64,000 nucleotides of DNA from Candidatus Heimdallarchaeota archaeon (GCA_018238545.1 JABCTC010000011.1:28340-92339), one strand, 5' to 3'; positions 19,999 through 29,986 are shown, numbered from the stretch's first letter. Notes: generated from the sequence alone by a model not told the origin. Program-made: numbers and translations.

Positions 19999-20559
19999 CT
20001 ACTCCACCTCTTCGTATGCTCGCTTGATTGCTACAACATTTTTTTCTCCCAATACTCCAGGGAATCTTCTAGTTGTCACATCGAGTAAACTTTCTAATTT
20101 GACTAATTTTGTTACCTTAATTAATGCCCCTAGCATTACGAGATTTGGTACATTGCGACCAATTTCTTCCATAGCTATTTTTGAACCTGCAACTTTGTAT
20201 ATGTTAGCATGACATCCTTCAAAAAACCTCATTAATGATTCTTTCAGCCCTTCATAATTTACAACAATTGTACCTCCCTCTTTTATTCCATCAGCTACTG
20301 GAACATCATCTAACAAAGTGGGGTCAATAACCACAACAATATGTGGGTTATATACTTCAGTTTTTTCCGTAAAAGGCTCTGAACATATACGAGCATATGA
20401 GGTTACAGGCGCCCCTGCTCTCTCTGGTCCAAAGTTCGGAAAAGCATGAACATATTGATTTTCTAAGATTGCTGCTTCAGCTAAAAGACGTGAAGCTGTC
20501 ACAGCACCTTGCCCTCCTCTACCATTCAGTCGGACATCAGTGATTTCTACCAATTTCAT
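19999..20559 (-). CDS. porC: Oxidoreductase gamma subunit (PorC/PorG)
   Basis: GRGGQGAVTA, FPNFGPERAGAPV; start moved to ATG 20559, which follows a GAAGGTG RBS. Confidence 0.93.
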   Translation of the reverse strand: MKLVEITDVRLNGRGGQGAVTASRLLAEAAILENQYVHAFPNFGPERAGAPVTSYARICSEPFTEKTEVYNPHIVVVIDPTLLDDVPVADGIKEGGTIVVNYEGLKESLMRFFEGCHANIYKVAGSKIAMEEIGRNVPNLVMLGALIKVTKLVKLESLLDVTTRRFPGVLGEKNVVAIKRAYEEVE

Positions 20560-20674
20560 TACACCTTCAATAAATGAACTTCTTATAAGCACGACAAATA
20601 CGTATAAATTAAACCTTATGCTATGTATCTAAGAGCAATACATCTAGAAGCTTAACATAAAAATCAAAAAGAGG

Positions 20675-21229
20675 TTAGGATAATTCAGCTTTAATAGATT
20701 TTTCAATCATCATTCTTGTAATTTCGTAATAGATATCATTGATATTCTGACCATTTTTTGCAGAAACTTCATAATAAGGGAGAGTCTTCAACTTAAATTC
20801 TTTCCTTTTCTTCTCTGCATATTCTAAGATATCTTTCTTTTCGACTTCTCTTTGTTCTTGAACATCAGTTTTATTTCCTATCAAGATAGCTGGTAAAATA
20901 TCTTCACACACATCATATACTTCTTTGAACCACTTATCCAGTTGCTCAAAGGATGTTCTATCTGTTATGTCACAAACAACAAGCACACCATAGGACCCCT
21001 TGTAATATAAAGGTCGTACATACGAAAAACGGTCATGTGATCCTGTATCCCAAGTTTGTAGCTTCACTTTGTTTCCATCAACTTCTATGTCCTTAACAGA
21101 AAATTCTACTCCAATTGTTGGTAGATATCTTTCCCTAAACATACCTGTAGCGAATCTCAAAGTGATAGATGTTTTTCCCACTCCGGGATTTCCAACTATA
21201 ATCGTTTTGAACAGGTAGTCAAAAAGCAC
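20675..21229 (-). CDS. Rab-like small GTPase
   Basis: FDYLFK, GNPGVGKTS, PTIGVEF, KLQTWDT, YYKG, NKTD, EVSAK. Confidence 0.92.
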   Translation of the reverse strand: MLFDYLFKTIIVGNPGVGKTSITLRFATGMFRERYLPTIGVEFSVKDIEVDGNKVKLQTWDTGSHDRFSYVRPLYYKGSYGVLVVCDITDRTSFEQLDKWFKEVYDVCEDILPAILIGNKTDVQEQREVEKKDILEYAEKKRKEFKLKTLPYYEVSAKNGQNINDIYYEITRMMIEKSIKAELS

Positions 21230-21390
21230 AGTTATTCACTGATTATTTCTATCTCGTTCCTACTTAAATCTATCTAAAGTTGTAGCTAGATAAATATTAC
21301 TAGAGTAGTTTTAAGAACGTTCTAAACGTCTCTTATAGATACTTAGTTTATTTCAGATAGGTTTAAATTTTAAAAACCGCACATTATTTT

Positions 21391-21954
21391 GTGAGATTCA
21401 TAATCATATTTGGTCCTCCTGCGGTAGGAAAAATGGCAGTGGGGAAAGAGCTGTCTAAACGAACCGGTTTCAAACTTTTACACAATCATATGACCATCGA
21501 ATTACTAATTCAACTCTTTGACCATGGAACACCAAAGTTTCTCAAACTAAACTCTGAATTTCGAATGAGAATTTTTGAAGAAGCTGCAACTAGTGATTTA
21601 TCTGGGTTTATTTTTACATATGTCTGGGACTTAAGTCTACAAGAAGAGAAAGATTATGTCGAACTTATCAGTAATTTATTTCTTAAAAATAAGTGGGAAG
21701 TTTATTATGTTGAGTTAAAGGCATCTTTAGAAGAGAGATTAAAGCGGAACAAAACCAAGGTTAGGCTTATAGAAAAACCTTCTAAACGTGACACAAAACT
21801 ATCAGAAGAACGATTAATTGCTATGGATGCTAAGCATAAAATGAACACAGATGGAGAATTCTATTATCAAAATAATTATTTGAAGATAGTCAACACAGAT
21901 CTAACTGTAGCAGAAACAGTAGAAAAAATTGTAAATGCATTTGGTTTCAGTTAA
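21391..21954 (+). CDS. P-loop kinase (shikimate/nucleotide-kinase-like)
   Basis: FGPPAVGKM, HNH, ERLKRN....R...KPSKRD. Confidence 0.8.
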   Translation: MRFIIIFGPPAVGKMAVGKELSKRTGFKLLHNHMTIELLIQLFDHGTPKFLKLNSEFRMRIFEEAATSDLSGFIFTYVWDLSLQEEKDYVELISNLFLKNKWEVYYVELKASLEERLKRNKTKVRLIEKPSKRDTKLSEERLIAMDAKHKMNTDGEFYYQNNYLKIVNTDLTVAETVEKIVNAFGFS

Positions 21955-22730
21955 AATGCATCATCTTCATAATAGGGAAGAATCTTTCCGCTAATGAACT
22001 CAAATAAAACAGGCTCTCCGGTTAGTTCAGGTTTTCCTTTTACGTTAATTACTTTAACTTCAGTAATTGGGCGATCCGCTTTGGTTTTGGATTGTGATAC
22101 TCTAATTGTGACATCACAATTATGTTCTATCGCTCTAACTAATATCGGGTCATGTGCATCTTGATGTAATGTAAAGACCGTCACTGAACCATCTTTTTTA
22201 TTTGCAGCCAATCTGTTCTGTAAGAAAGAGAATAATATTTTCTTGCTTTCATCAGCTGCATAAATAATTGACGACAAAGATATGACAATCCCTCTTTTTA
22301 GGATTTGTTGATTTTGCACATGCAAAAATGATCTTCTTATTGTCTCGTTTATTTCTCTTGGTTTAGCAAGATCTTGGATAGAATATTGGTGGGTTGTTTT
22401 CAAATCTGTATATCCAAATGGATTGCTGAAAGCATCAATGAACTTCAAACGCCCAGTAGCTTCTAGCATTTCAGGATTAATACCAAGCCCATTCAGCATT
22501 TCATTATAAAATTCGTAAGGATGCTCTGTTGAGAAAATATATCCATACTCCCCAGTCTTCAACCCTTCAGCTAGAAATTGTAAAACAAAGGGATCAGCTT
22601 CAGCACCAATTTCATCTTCAATCAAAACATTGGAACCAGCTGCGACTCCTCCACCTAGAATTTCATCGAGTGTTGGGACTCCAAAAGAAAATAGCCTTTT
22701 CTCAGATGTTGCTGGACTATTATTAAACAT
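21951..22730 (-). CDS. KaiC/RAD55-like RecA-fold protein with degenerate Walker motifs
   Basis: FGVPTLDEILGGGV..GS.VLI, then EDEIGAEADP instead of GxxGxGKS/T. Confidence 0.8.
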   Translation of the reverse strand: MFNNSPATSEKRLFSFGVPTLDEILGGGVAAGSNVLIEDEIGAEADPFVLQFLAEGLKTGEYGYIFSTEHPYEFYNEMLNGLGINPEMLEATGRLKFIDAFSNPFGYTDLKTTHQYSIQDLAKPREINETIRRSFLHVQNQQILKRGIVISLSSIIYAADESKKILFSFLQNRLAANKKDGSVTVFTLHQDAHDPILVRAIEHNCDVTIRVSQSKTKADRPITEVKVINVKGKPELTGEPVLFEFISGKILPYYEDDAF

Positions 22731-22800
22731 AAATTATCATCTCATTTATTCTATACGATTCTGTGTATTAACAGATATTTAAGATTTCGTGCAGTGCACG

Positions 22801-23127
22801 TCACTTTGACTTTCTATTCAGTTTCTTTCTGAATTTTTGGTCAACATTAGCATTTGTTCTATAAACATAACTGGGAAATTGCCCTTTTGGGTTCTTAGAC
22901 CGGGGGCTTTGTTCAGTTTTAATGGGGCGGAGACATTCACCTGAATCACCTAGTTTCCTCTCTCTGCAATCTGCATAGCTACACATGTAACCTAAACATT
23001 CAGAATCATCTAAACGACAAATAAAACTCTTATTTCCTCGATCTTGTTTAATTCTTAGCATTCTCTTGCTACATGAAAAAGATTTGCAAGTAAGTTTGCA
23101 CATTCTATCTTCAGATTTAATAGTCAT
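22801..23127 (-). CDS. Cys-rich hypothetical protein
   Basis: Eight Cys in the N-terminal two-thirds; basic tail. Confidence 0.65.
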   Translation of the reverse strand: MTIKSEDRMCKLTCKSFSCSKRMLRIKQDRGNKSFICRLDDSECLGYMCSYADCRERKLGDSGECLRPIKTEQSPRSKNPKGQFPSYVYRTNANVDQKFRKKLNRKSK

Positions 23128-23211
23128 TTTGTAATCTTACCGATTTTAACTAAAAGTATTAAACCAAATTTTCTTATAAGTTTTTCTTATAATCATAATA
23201 ATTAACCGACT

Positions 23212-23739
23212 CTACCAAGGTACATCCTTTATTTTGAGTGAGTACGCAAGAACATTTGTTCCTATATGCAATAATGGAGCGAAAACCAGTAATGATAGCC
23301 AAAATTCCCATGGGAGTGTTCCAAATACTGGCCAACTCCAGAGCAATCCAAATAAGATATATCCTACTTGATCAAAAATGGGAAAACTTCCCCCTGATGA
23401 AATATTAATTCTTCGTTTCACAAAAGATCCAAACATATCCCCAAAATTGCACCCAAAACCCATGAGAGCACCTATCCAGAAGGGATAATTGATACCGTAT
23501 TGTACCATAAATAAATCAGAAGCTAAGAACCATACTATTACCCCAATTAGAAAACCGGATAAGATTCCATAGAATAATCCCCATAAGGTTTTATTATCAC
23601 CTAGCATTCTTTTACCATCTTTTAGAACTTTATATCCATCTACGGGATATCCACCACCCAAAATGGCTGGAACGGCATTGGAAACTAGAATCGGTAGAGC
23701 AAAAAGAAATGATACACCAACATCTGTTATAAAGACCAT
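23212..23739 (-). CDS. carS: CDP-archaeol synthase
   Basis: N..P....GG.PVD......DG.R.LGD.KT..G, GDMFGSFVKRR, P..DQ. Confidence 0.92.
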   Translation of the reverse strand: MVFITDVGVSFLFALPILVSNAVPAILGGGYPVDGYKVLKDGKRMLGDNKTLWGLFYGILSGFLIGVIVWFLASDLFMVQYGINYPFWIGALMGFGCNFGDMFGSFVKRRINISSGGSFPIFDQVGYILFGLLWSWPVFGTLPWEFWLSLLVFAPLLHIGTNVLAYSLKIKDVPW

Positions 23740-23868
23740 TTATTGAACCTTCTGAATAAGAAATTGAACAAATTTACATGTATATAAAACATTTGACACT
23801 AGGAAACCATCACAATTCTTGATGAAGTGACAAAAAGATTAATTTTAGAATCTGTTTACTATAGGCTA

Positions 23869-24921
23869 ATGATAGATTTAGCTGTTATTTATTCCGAGTT
23901 ATTTAAAAAACACAAAATGGATCGAGTACACCCTGAATCACCCGCAAGATTAGATGAGATTATTAAAGGAGTGAAAGAGCTTCAGTACGAGATCAAGAAG
24001 GATATTGAATTTTATAAACCACAATATATTTCAGAAAAAGAACTTGTATCAGTTCACGTTGTGGATTTGATAAGAAAGGTTCAAGCGATATCAGAAGCAG
24101 GAGGGGGAATGATAACTATCGACACAACGCTTAATCCACACACATATGATATTGCTAGATTAGCAGCTGGAGCAACAAAACAAGCTGCAGAGATAGTTGA
24201 TAAAGGAGAAGCAAAAAGAAGTTTTGCGATCGTTCGTCCTCCAGGTCACCATGCAGAATCAAACTCAGCGGGGGGGTTCTGCTATTTCAACAATATTGCT
24301 ATAGCAGCTGATTGGTTAGTAAACGACAAAGGTTACAAAAGAGTAGCAATTATCGATATTGATCATCACTTTGGGAACGGAACGTCTCACATTTTTTACC
24401 ATCGCAAAGATGTTTTCTATTTTTCGATTCATGCTCATCCAATGTATTCGTACCCAGGTTCGGGATATCCAACAGAAATAGGTGTCTCTGAAGGAAAAGG
24501 ATATAATGTTAATGTAGCATTGCTACCCGGAGTTACATCTAGCGATTGGTTGAAGTCACTAGAATTTGGTCTAAATATTCTAAAACAGTACAAACCTGAA
24601 ATCATTTTGGTTTCAGTAGGCTTTGATTCTTTAGGGGGAGATCCTGTTGGAATAATGAACATCGCTCCGAACGCTTTTTGGGGAGCTGGACACTTGCTCA
24701 ACCAATTTGCTGAAGAATATTGCAATGGAAAAATCATTTGTACTTTGGAAGGAGGATACAAATTAGATCAACTAAAAGACGTTAGCAAGAAATTCATTTT
24801 AGGATTAATGGGAGAGAAACTAATAGTTTTAAACAAGATAATGAGCAGAGAGATGACTGAACAAACGAGAAGTATGATAGTTCAAACTAAGAAAGCATTA
24901 AAGGAATATTGGAATTTCTAA
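23869..24921 (+). CDS. Histone deacetylase family (Zn-dependent) protein
   Basis: HPESPARL, RPPGHHA, GGFCYFNN, DIDHHFGNGT, GFD...GDP, LEGGY; likely start ATG 23869. Confidence 0.92.
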   Translation: MIDLAVIYSELFKKHKMDRVHPESPARLDEIIKGVKELQYEIKKDIEFYKPQYISEKELVSVHVVDLIRKVQAISEAGGGMITIDTTLNPHTYDIARLAAGATKQAAEIVDKGEAKRSFAIVRPPGHHAESNSAGGFCYFNNIAIAADWLVNDKGYKRVAIIDIDHHFGNGTSHIFYHRKDVFYFSIHAHPMYSYPGSGYPTEIGVSEGKGYNVNVALLPGVTSSDWLKSLEFGLNILKQYKPEIILVSVGFDSLGGDPVGIMNIAPNAFWGAGHLLNQFAEEYCNGKIICTLEGGYKLDQLKDVSKKFILGLMGEKLIVLNKIMSREMTEQTRSMIVQTKKALKEYWNF

Positions 24922-25040
24922 ACATACTGCTAATTTGTTGAAGAGGAAAGAAAATCTTTGTTAACCCACAGGAAGTTTTTATAACTGTTATCTTTAAAAG
25001 ATGGGAATAGTTTTTAAATATCTATTTTATTTCCAATTCC

Positions 25041-26435
25041 ATGTCTGAAGTTATTGAAGAAGAGGTTGAAATAGAAACTAAAACATCTAAATACAACGTC
25101 TTCAAATGGTCAATGTACGATTTAGCAAATACAGTATATTCGATGATAATTGTTAGTTTGATAATCAATCGTTATGTATTGGTGATAGGACAAGTAGAAC
25201 ATGGAATGACTTATGGTGAAGCCAGTTTCGTTTATGGAGTCGTAGCAGCTGTTATGCAAGTAATCACTGCAATTGGTATGCCCATTATGGGAGCTTTAAG
25301 TGACACTACTGGTAAAAGAAAACCATTTGTTCTTGTTTTAACCGGAGTAATTCTATTATTCTCTAGTCTTCTTGGTTTATTCCACAATATTACAGTAGTA
25401 TTGATTCTCTATGTAATTGCTAATATTGCTTATCAATGGAGTCTCGCATTTTATGATGCAATGCTACCTTTTATAGCTAATCCAAAAGATGTCGGTAAAG
25501 TTGGAGGATTTGGAGTTGCCTTTGGTTACTTAGGTACAATAATCTCTTTGTTAGTAATGTTTCCATTAATTTTGATTTACGGTGATGTTGTAAGTAAAGA
25601 TGCTAATATAGCTAATCTATCATATGGTTATACAGGTTATTGGTGGATATTTGTTGTCCCAATGGCTCTTTTCCTTGTATTTGGGATTCCTTTGATTTTC
25701 GTTAAAGAAAAGCAGAAAAAAGTAAAATTATCGGAACAGAAAGATGTTCTTAAAAATACCTTTAAACAGCTTGGGACGACTTTTAGAGATATAAGAAAAC
25801 ATCGTCAAATGTTAATCTTTGTGATAGGGTATTTCTTTATTGCAGATGTTGCAAATGTTATTGTAGCTTATATGACTCCCATAGTAACTGATGCGCTTCA
25901 AATCGAAGGTGCGGATATTTCAACAGATCTTTTTGCGATAATTTTCATAATTATTGCAACTGTTGCAGCTGTAGCTTTTACATATTTCATTGGTAAATTT
26001 GCAGAAAAATATGGTGCTAAAAACGCTTTCTTCCTAGTTGGAGGATTATGGGGTCTTGCTTTGATTATAGGAATCGTAGCAATATTCGTATGGGCACCCA
26101 TAACAATTGGATTTAATTTTCCATTTATCATGATACTTCTAATGGGATGTTCTGCTGGTGTAGCTTTAGGAGGTACCTGGACAGCTCAAAGGGTTATGGT
26201 TGTGGAATTAGCTCCCAAAGAGAAATTTGGCGAATATTTTGGATTCTCAAAACTAAGTGGGAAGGTTTCTTCAGCATTAGGACCAATTATTTTTGGAGCA
26301 ATACTACTAGCTTATGATCCAACAATCGGTTTCAAATCATATGGAATAGCCATGGCTGTTGTTGGTGGAATAATGTTATTTGGTTTAATAATCATAGCTT
26401 TTATTCGACCTGATAAATCTGCAAAGAATTACTAA
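25041..26435 (+). CDS. MFS transporter, UMF1/ATG22-like
   Basis: W.MYDLAN, P.MGALSD..GKRK, FYDAML, G...GYLG, EYFGF. Confidence 0.88.
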   Translation: MSEVIEEEVEIETKTSKYNVFKWSMYDLANTVYSMIIVSLIINRYVLVIGQVEHGMTYGEASFVYGVVAAVMQVITAIGMPIMGALSDTTGKRKPFVLVLTGVILLFSSLLGLFHNITVVLILYVIANIAYQWSLAFYDAMLPFIANPKDVGKVGGFGVAFGYLGTIISLLVMFPLILIYGDVVSKDANIANLSYGYTGYWWIFVVPMALFLVFGIPLIFVKEKQKKVKLSEQKDVLKNTFKQLGTTFRDIRKHRQMLIFVIGYFFIADVANVIVAYMTPIVTDALQIEGADISTDLFAIIFIIIATVAAVAFTYFIGKFAEKYGAKNAFFLVGGLWGLALIIGIVAIFVWAPITIGFNFPFIMILLMGCSAGVALGGTWTAQRVMVVELAPKEKFGEYFGFSKLSGKVSSALGPIIFGAILLAYDPTIGFKSYGIAMAVVGGIMLFGLIIIAFIRPDKSAKNY

Positions 26436-26449
26436 TCTTTTCCTTTCTT

Positions 26450-27679
26450 TTAATAAATTAGAAGGAAAGGATTATTTTTCCTCTTCCTTTTTTTTCCATT
26501 TCTGTTATTTCTAACTAATCCTGCAAAGCCTATTATTATCACAATTGATAGGATAAGCATTGAAATTAGTGAGACAGATAGTGACGTATTGAACAGAATA
26601 AATACTAGACTTACTATGAAATACAACAGATTTCCTATAGATGAATAGATTGAGACAATAGTAGCTCTAAGATCCGAAGTAGCTTTCCTTTGTATCATAG
26701 TTGATATTATGGGTGCTCTTCCTCCTCTTGCTAATTGTACTGCAAACATGGTAGTTAGAATTATCAAAGAATCAAAGTACCATAGAACGAATATGCTAAC
26801 TATTTCTAGGATCATGAATCCTAGTAACAGGAAATCTTCGTGGTGTTCCTTTATCCTTGCAAATAACCAGCTACCTATTGCAGCCACTAAATTCATCCCA
26901 GCAAAGATTAACCCAATATGCAGCGAATTTAACCCATTGCTAAATAGTTTTGGCTGATATGCCCAGAAAGCCACTCTTTGAGCTACTGAGAAAGCAATGA
27001 AAGCTAATAGTACACCTATAAGGAATTTCGATTTGAACAACGTTTTTAGTGCTGACTTCGTTGCCTTTTGTATACTCTGTGATTTCGCCCTTTCTTTCTC
27101 TTCCATTAGTAAGCTTATCACAACTTTAATTCCGGAGATTATACCAATTATGAACAAAGGCCATCTAAGTGAGTATAGAGCAATAACACCAGAAATTGGT
27201 AAAGAAACCATTGCAACTATAAAAGCAAGAGTTGAAGATTTTCCGATGATTTTCTTAAACCTATCTTCTTTTCCATAGTATGCAAGAGTGTCATACAACA
27301 ATCCTGTATCAGATCCGGATATAGCAGCTAAGCCCATTCCAAATACTGCTTCACTTATTGCGAAAGCTGCAAAACTTCTACCTAATCCATAACATACACT
27401 TGCTATTGCTATTAACAGGTAACCTCCAGCAAGTACGTATCTACGTTTGAATGAATCGGATAAAGCTCCGCTTGGTATTTCAAAGATAACTACCGATAAA
27501 GCAAATATCCCTTGAAGGAACAGCATTTGACTGAAATCAAGACCAGCTTCGCCCCATATTTTAACAGCTACAGGAATAACCATAGCTATGAAATCTAGTC
27601 GTAACAGAATGAATAGTAAACTATTCTTTCGAACTTCATCCACTTGTGAACTATTTTTTTGTGTAACTTGCGATTTCAT
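26450..27679 (-). CDS. MFS transporter
   Basis: FEIPSGALSDSFKRR, SGSD..LLYD, RAT..S. Confidence 0.9.
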   Translation of the reverse strand: MKSQVTQKNSSQVDEVRKNSLLFILLRLDFIAMVIPVAVKIWGEAGLDFSQMLFLQGIFALSVVIFEIPSGALSDSFKRRYVLAGGYLLIAIASVCYGLGRSFAAFAISEAVFGMGLAAISGSDTGLLYDTLAYYGKEDRFKKIIGKSSTLAFIVAMVSLPISGVIALYSLRWPLFIIGIISGIKVVISLLMEEKERAKSQSIQKATKSALKTLFKSKFLIGVLLAFIAFSVAQRVAFWAYQPKLFSNGLNSLHIGLIFAGMNLVAAIGSWLFARIKEHHEDFLLLGFMILEIVSIFVLWYFDSLIILTTMFAVQLARGGRAPIISTMIQRKATSDLRATIVSIYSSIGNLLYFIVSLVFILFNTSLSVSLISMLILSIVIIIGFAGLVRNNRNGKKRKRKNNPFLLIY

Positions 27680-28070
27680 ATTATATTTTCTCCTTTTTGA
27701 TAAGAGAAATTGCCAATAATTGGTGAAAATTCGATATTTTCCAATAGGAGTGATAGAATAAAACCTCAGAATAGAATCTCAGAAATGACCCCAAAAAGAA
27801 TGATAACTGAATTATAAGTGAGTTATGGGATTGGTCATTCTGATGTTCATCTAATCGGACCAAAAGCGACAGTATCCACTAAAAGTATATACCAATTTGT
27901 TGTATTTTGTCGCTCATTCTTGAACATCATAACTCTAAAATCTATTTTTCTAATTTGTCTTAAAAAGGTGTCGATAAACAATATACTCTTCAGAATAGGT
28001 CAGTACTCGCTTTTTAATTTTGAATGTTCTATGATAAAAGTTATAATTTTGCATTACTCTTTTATAACTG

Positions 28071-28958
28071 ATGTCTAACTCCGACAACTCATATATTGAT
28101 GTTTTTGAGAATGTGCAGAAGCTAATTGTGGGTAGGAAAAAAGAACTACGACTAATGATAAATGCTGTTAGCAAAGGGCTGCCAATAATTATTGAAGGTC
28201 CTGTGGGGACAGGTAAGACTGAGATGGCTAAGGTTCTTGCTCAATCTCTTGAAAGACCTTTTGTTAGGGTAGATGGTGACGATAATCTTACCTCAATTAA
28301 GTTGAAAGGTTGGTACGACCCCCCATTAGTTCTAGAGAAGGGTTTTTCCCGCGAAACGTTCATTCCTGGACCTCTAACTCATTCTATGGAAAATGGAGGA
28401 ATATTCTTTTATAATGAAGTTAATAGAGCTCCCTCCGAAACGATAAATGCAGTTCTAACCGCACTAGACGAGAAATTAATTACCATTCCTCAAATTGGAG
28501 AAATTGTCGCTAAAGAAGGATTCATCTCAATTTTCACATATAATCCTGAAGACACGGTGGCTACGAACCCACTGCCTAAAGCATTTTATGATCGATGTAT
28601 TTGGATTCATGTCTCTCATCAAACATTTGAAGAAATGAAAGAAATCGTATTTCTAAGAACAGGTTCCTCCGATAACTTGATGATTTCCATTTCTTGTGAA
28701 ATTGTTCAAGCCACAATTAATCATCCAGAATTGGAAACAAGTTCTACTGTTAGAGGAGCTATTCATTTAGTTGAACTATATGAAGATCTAGAGACAATTG
28801 ATGAACAAACACTAATTGAAAGAGCAATAGCTGTGCACTCTCGAAAAATCAGATGTAAAACAACAAGTAGTAAAACAGAAAGTGAAATTATCGAGGAAAT
28901 TGTTTCGAAAATTCTGTCTAGATATGAAGATGACCGCATACTCCGAAAAAAAGAGTAA
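28071..28958 (+). CDS. MoxR/CoxD-like AAA+ ATPase
   Basis: GPVGTGKT Walker A, FIPGPL, FFYNEVNRA Walker B, TYNP, LP.AFYDR, STVRG. Confidence 0.9.
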   Translation: MSNSDNSYIDVFENVQKLIVGRKKELRLMINAVSKGLPIIIEGPVGTGKTEMAKVLAQSLERPFVRVDGDDNLTSIKLKGWYDPPLVLEKGFSRETFIPGPLTHSMENGGIFFYNEVNRAPSETINAVLTALDEKLITIPQIGEIVAKEGFISIFTYNPEDTVATNPLPKAFYDRCIWIHVSHQTFEEMKEIVFLRTGSSDNLMISISCEIVQATINHPELETSSTVRGAIHLVELYEDLETIDEQTLIERAIAVHSRKIRCKTTSSKTESEIIEEIVSKILSRYEDDRILRKKE

Positions 28959-28996
28959 TTGGTGACCCTACACTCAGTATTGTAGGGGATGAGCCA
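28946..28996 (+). promoter_or_regulatory. Candidate -1 programmed ribosomal frameshift signal
   Basis: A_AAA_AAA in the ATPase frame (28946-52); 7-nt spacer containing the TAA; stem CCCTACA/TGTAGGG; the -1 frame is the vWA frame. Confidence 0.6.
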
Positions 28997-28999
28997 TTC

Positions 29000-29986
29000 T
29001 TGACCTTTCCTTCCAAAAATGCTGGTCGTATGATAATTAACGAAATACAGATGGAATTAGGTAAAAGACAAGAAGATATGGCTAAAATTTTTGAGTTAGC
29101 TGAACAAGCTGCTGAAAATAGAAATTTGGATGCTCTTAGATTAATTGCCACTAATTATCCAACGTTAGCTGCAAAAATCATGAACAACATGGAAATTAGT
29201 GACATAATTTTGGATCAACTTAGAGGGGAAGATTTAATCCAATTATATTCAAGAACTAAGAAACATCTAAAATATCAGCTTCGAAAAAGGATGTTAGATA
29301 GGCTTATACCTTTTATAACAGAACAAGCAAAAGCTATTTACCGGAGAGGAGTATCTGCATCAGTTTCAAAATACATTAATTATGAACCAGGACTTGATTG
29401 GGAACTTGAAATGACTATAGAAAAAATGATGAGTACTGGCAAATTATCACCTGATTATGATAGCATTGTCTCAAAAGAGCCTATTAAGAAGAAGAGGAGC
29501 ATTGTTGTTTGTATCGATAAAAGTTTGAGTGTTTTGCGACTTATTCATCAAATCGTTCTGATGGCATCAGTTTTATCTTTATCAGTCAAGAAAGAAAATT
29601 TTTCTATTATTGCATTTGATTCTGAATCAGCTATTCTGAAACACATGAACAAATACACCGACCCTGATGAACTTGTAGAACTTATTTTGAATATCGAAAG
29701 CGGTGGAAAAACCAATCTCGAAGATGCGCTTAAACTTGCCTTAGACCAACTCAAACAAAGTTCCTCTAGAGAAAAAATTGTCTATATGATAAGTGATCTT
29801 GAGAGAACGATTGGAGGTAACCCTCTTCCTATTATTCAAAATATAGAAGATTTAAGAGTAATTTATGCTCGAACTTATCGCCGGGTTTCTTTTGTAGATG
29901 AAGTTATCTCGCTCTCTAATGTTTCCTTAATAGAATTAAACTTTGACAGTGACTTAGTGGAAATAACTACAAAGTTGATTTCTTAA
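29000..29986 (+). CDS. vWA-domain protein (CoxE-like partner of MoxR ATPase); frame open from 28934
   Basis: MIDAS DKSLS, GGKTNL..AL, MISD; DWELEMTIE precedes the vWA domain. Confidence 0.88.
   Translation: MTFPSKNAGRMIINEIQMELGKRQEDMAKIFELAEQAAENRNLDALRLIATNYPTLAAKIMNNMEISDIILDQLRGEDLIQLYSRTKKHLKYQLRKRMLDRLIPFITEQAKAIYRRGVSASVSKYINYEPGLDWELEMTIEKMMSTGKLSPDYDSIVSKEPIKKKRSIVVCIDKSLSVLRLIHQIVLMASVLSLSVKKENFSIIAFDSESAILKHMNKYTDPDELVELILNIESGGKTNLEDALKLALDQLKQSSSREKIVYMISDLERTIGGNPLPIIQNIEDLRVIYARTYRRVSFVDEVISLSNVSLIELNFDSDLVEITTKLIS

Noticed and set aside
27770-27795. GGGGTC..CTGAGA resembling the start of a TPP riboswitch
   Set aside because: The downstream conserved core (ACCTGA..TAAT..GCG.AGG) is absent.
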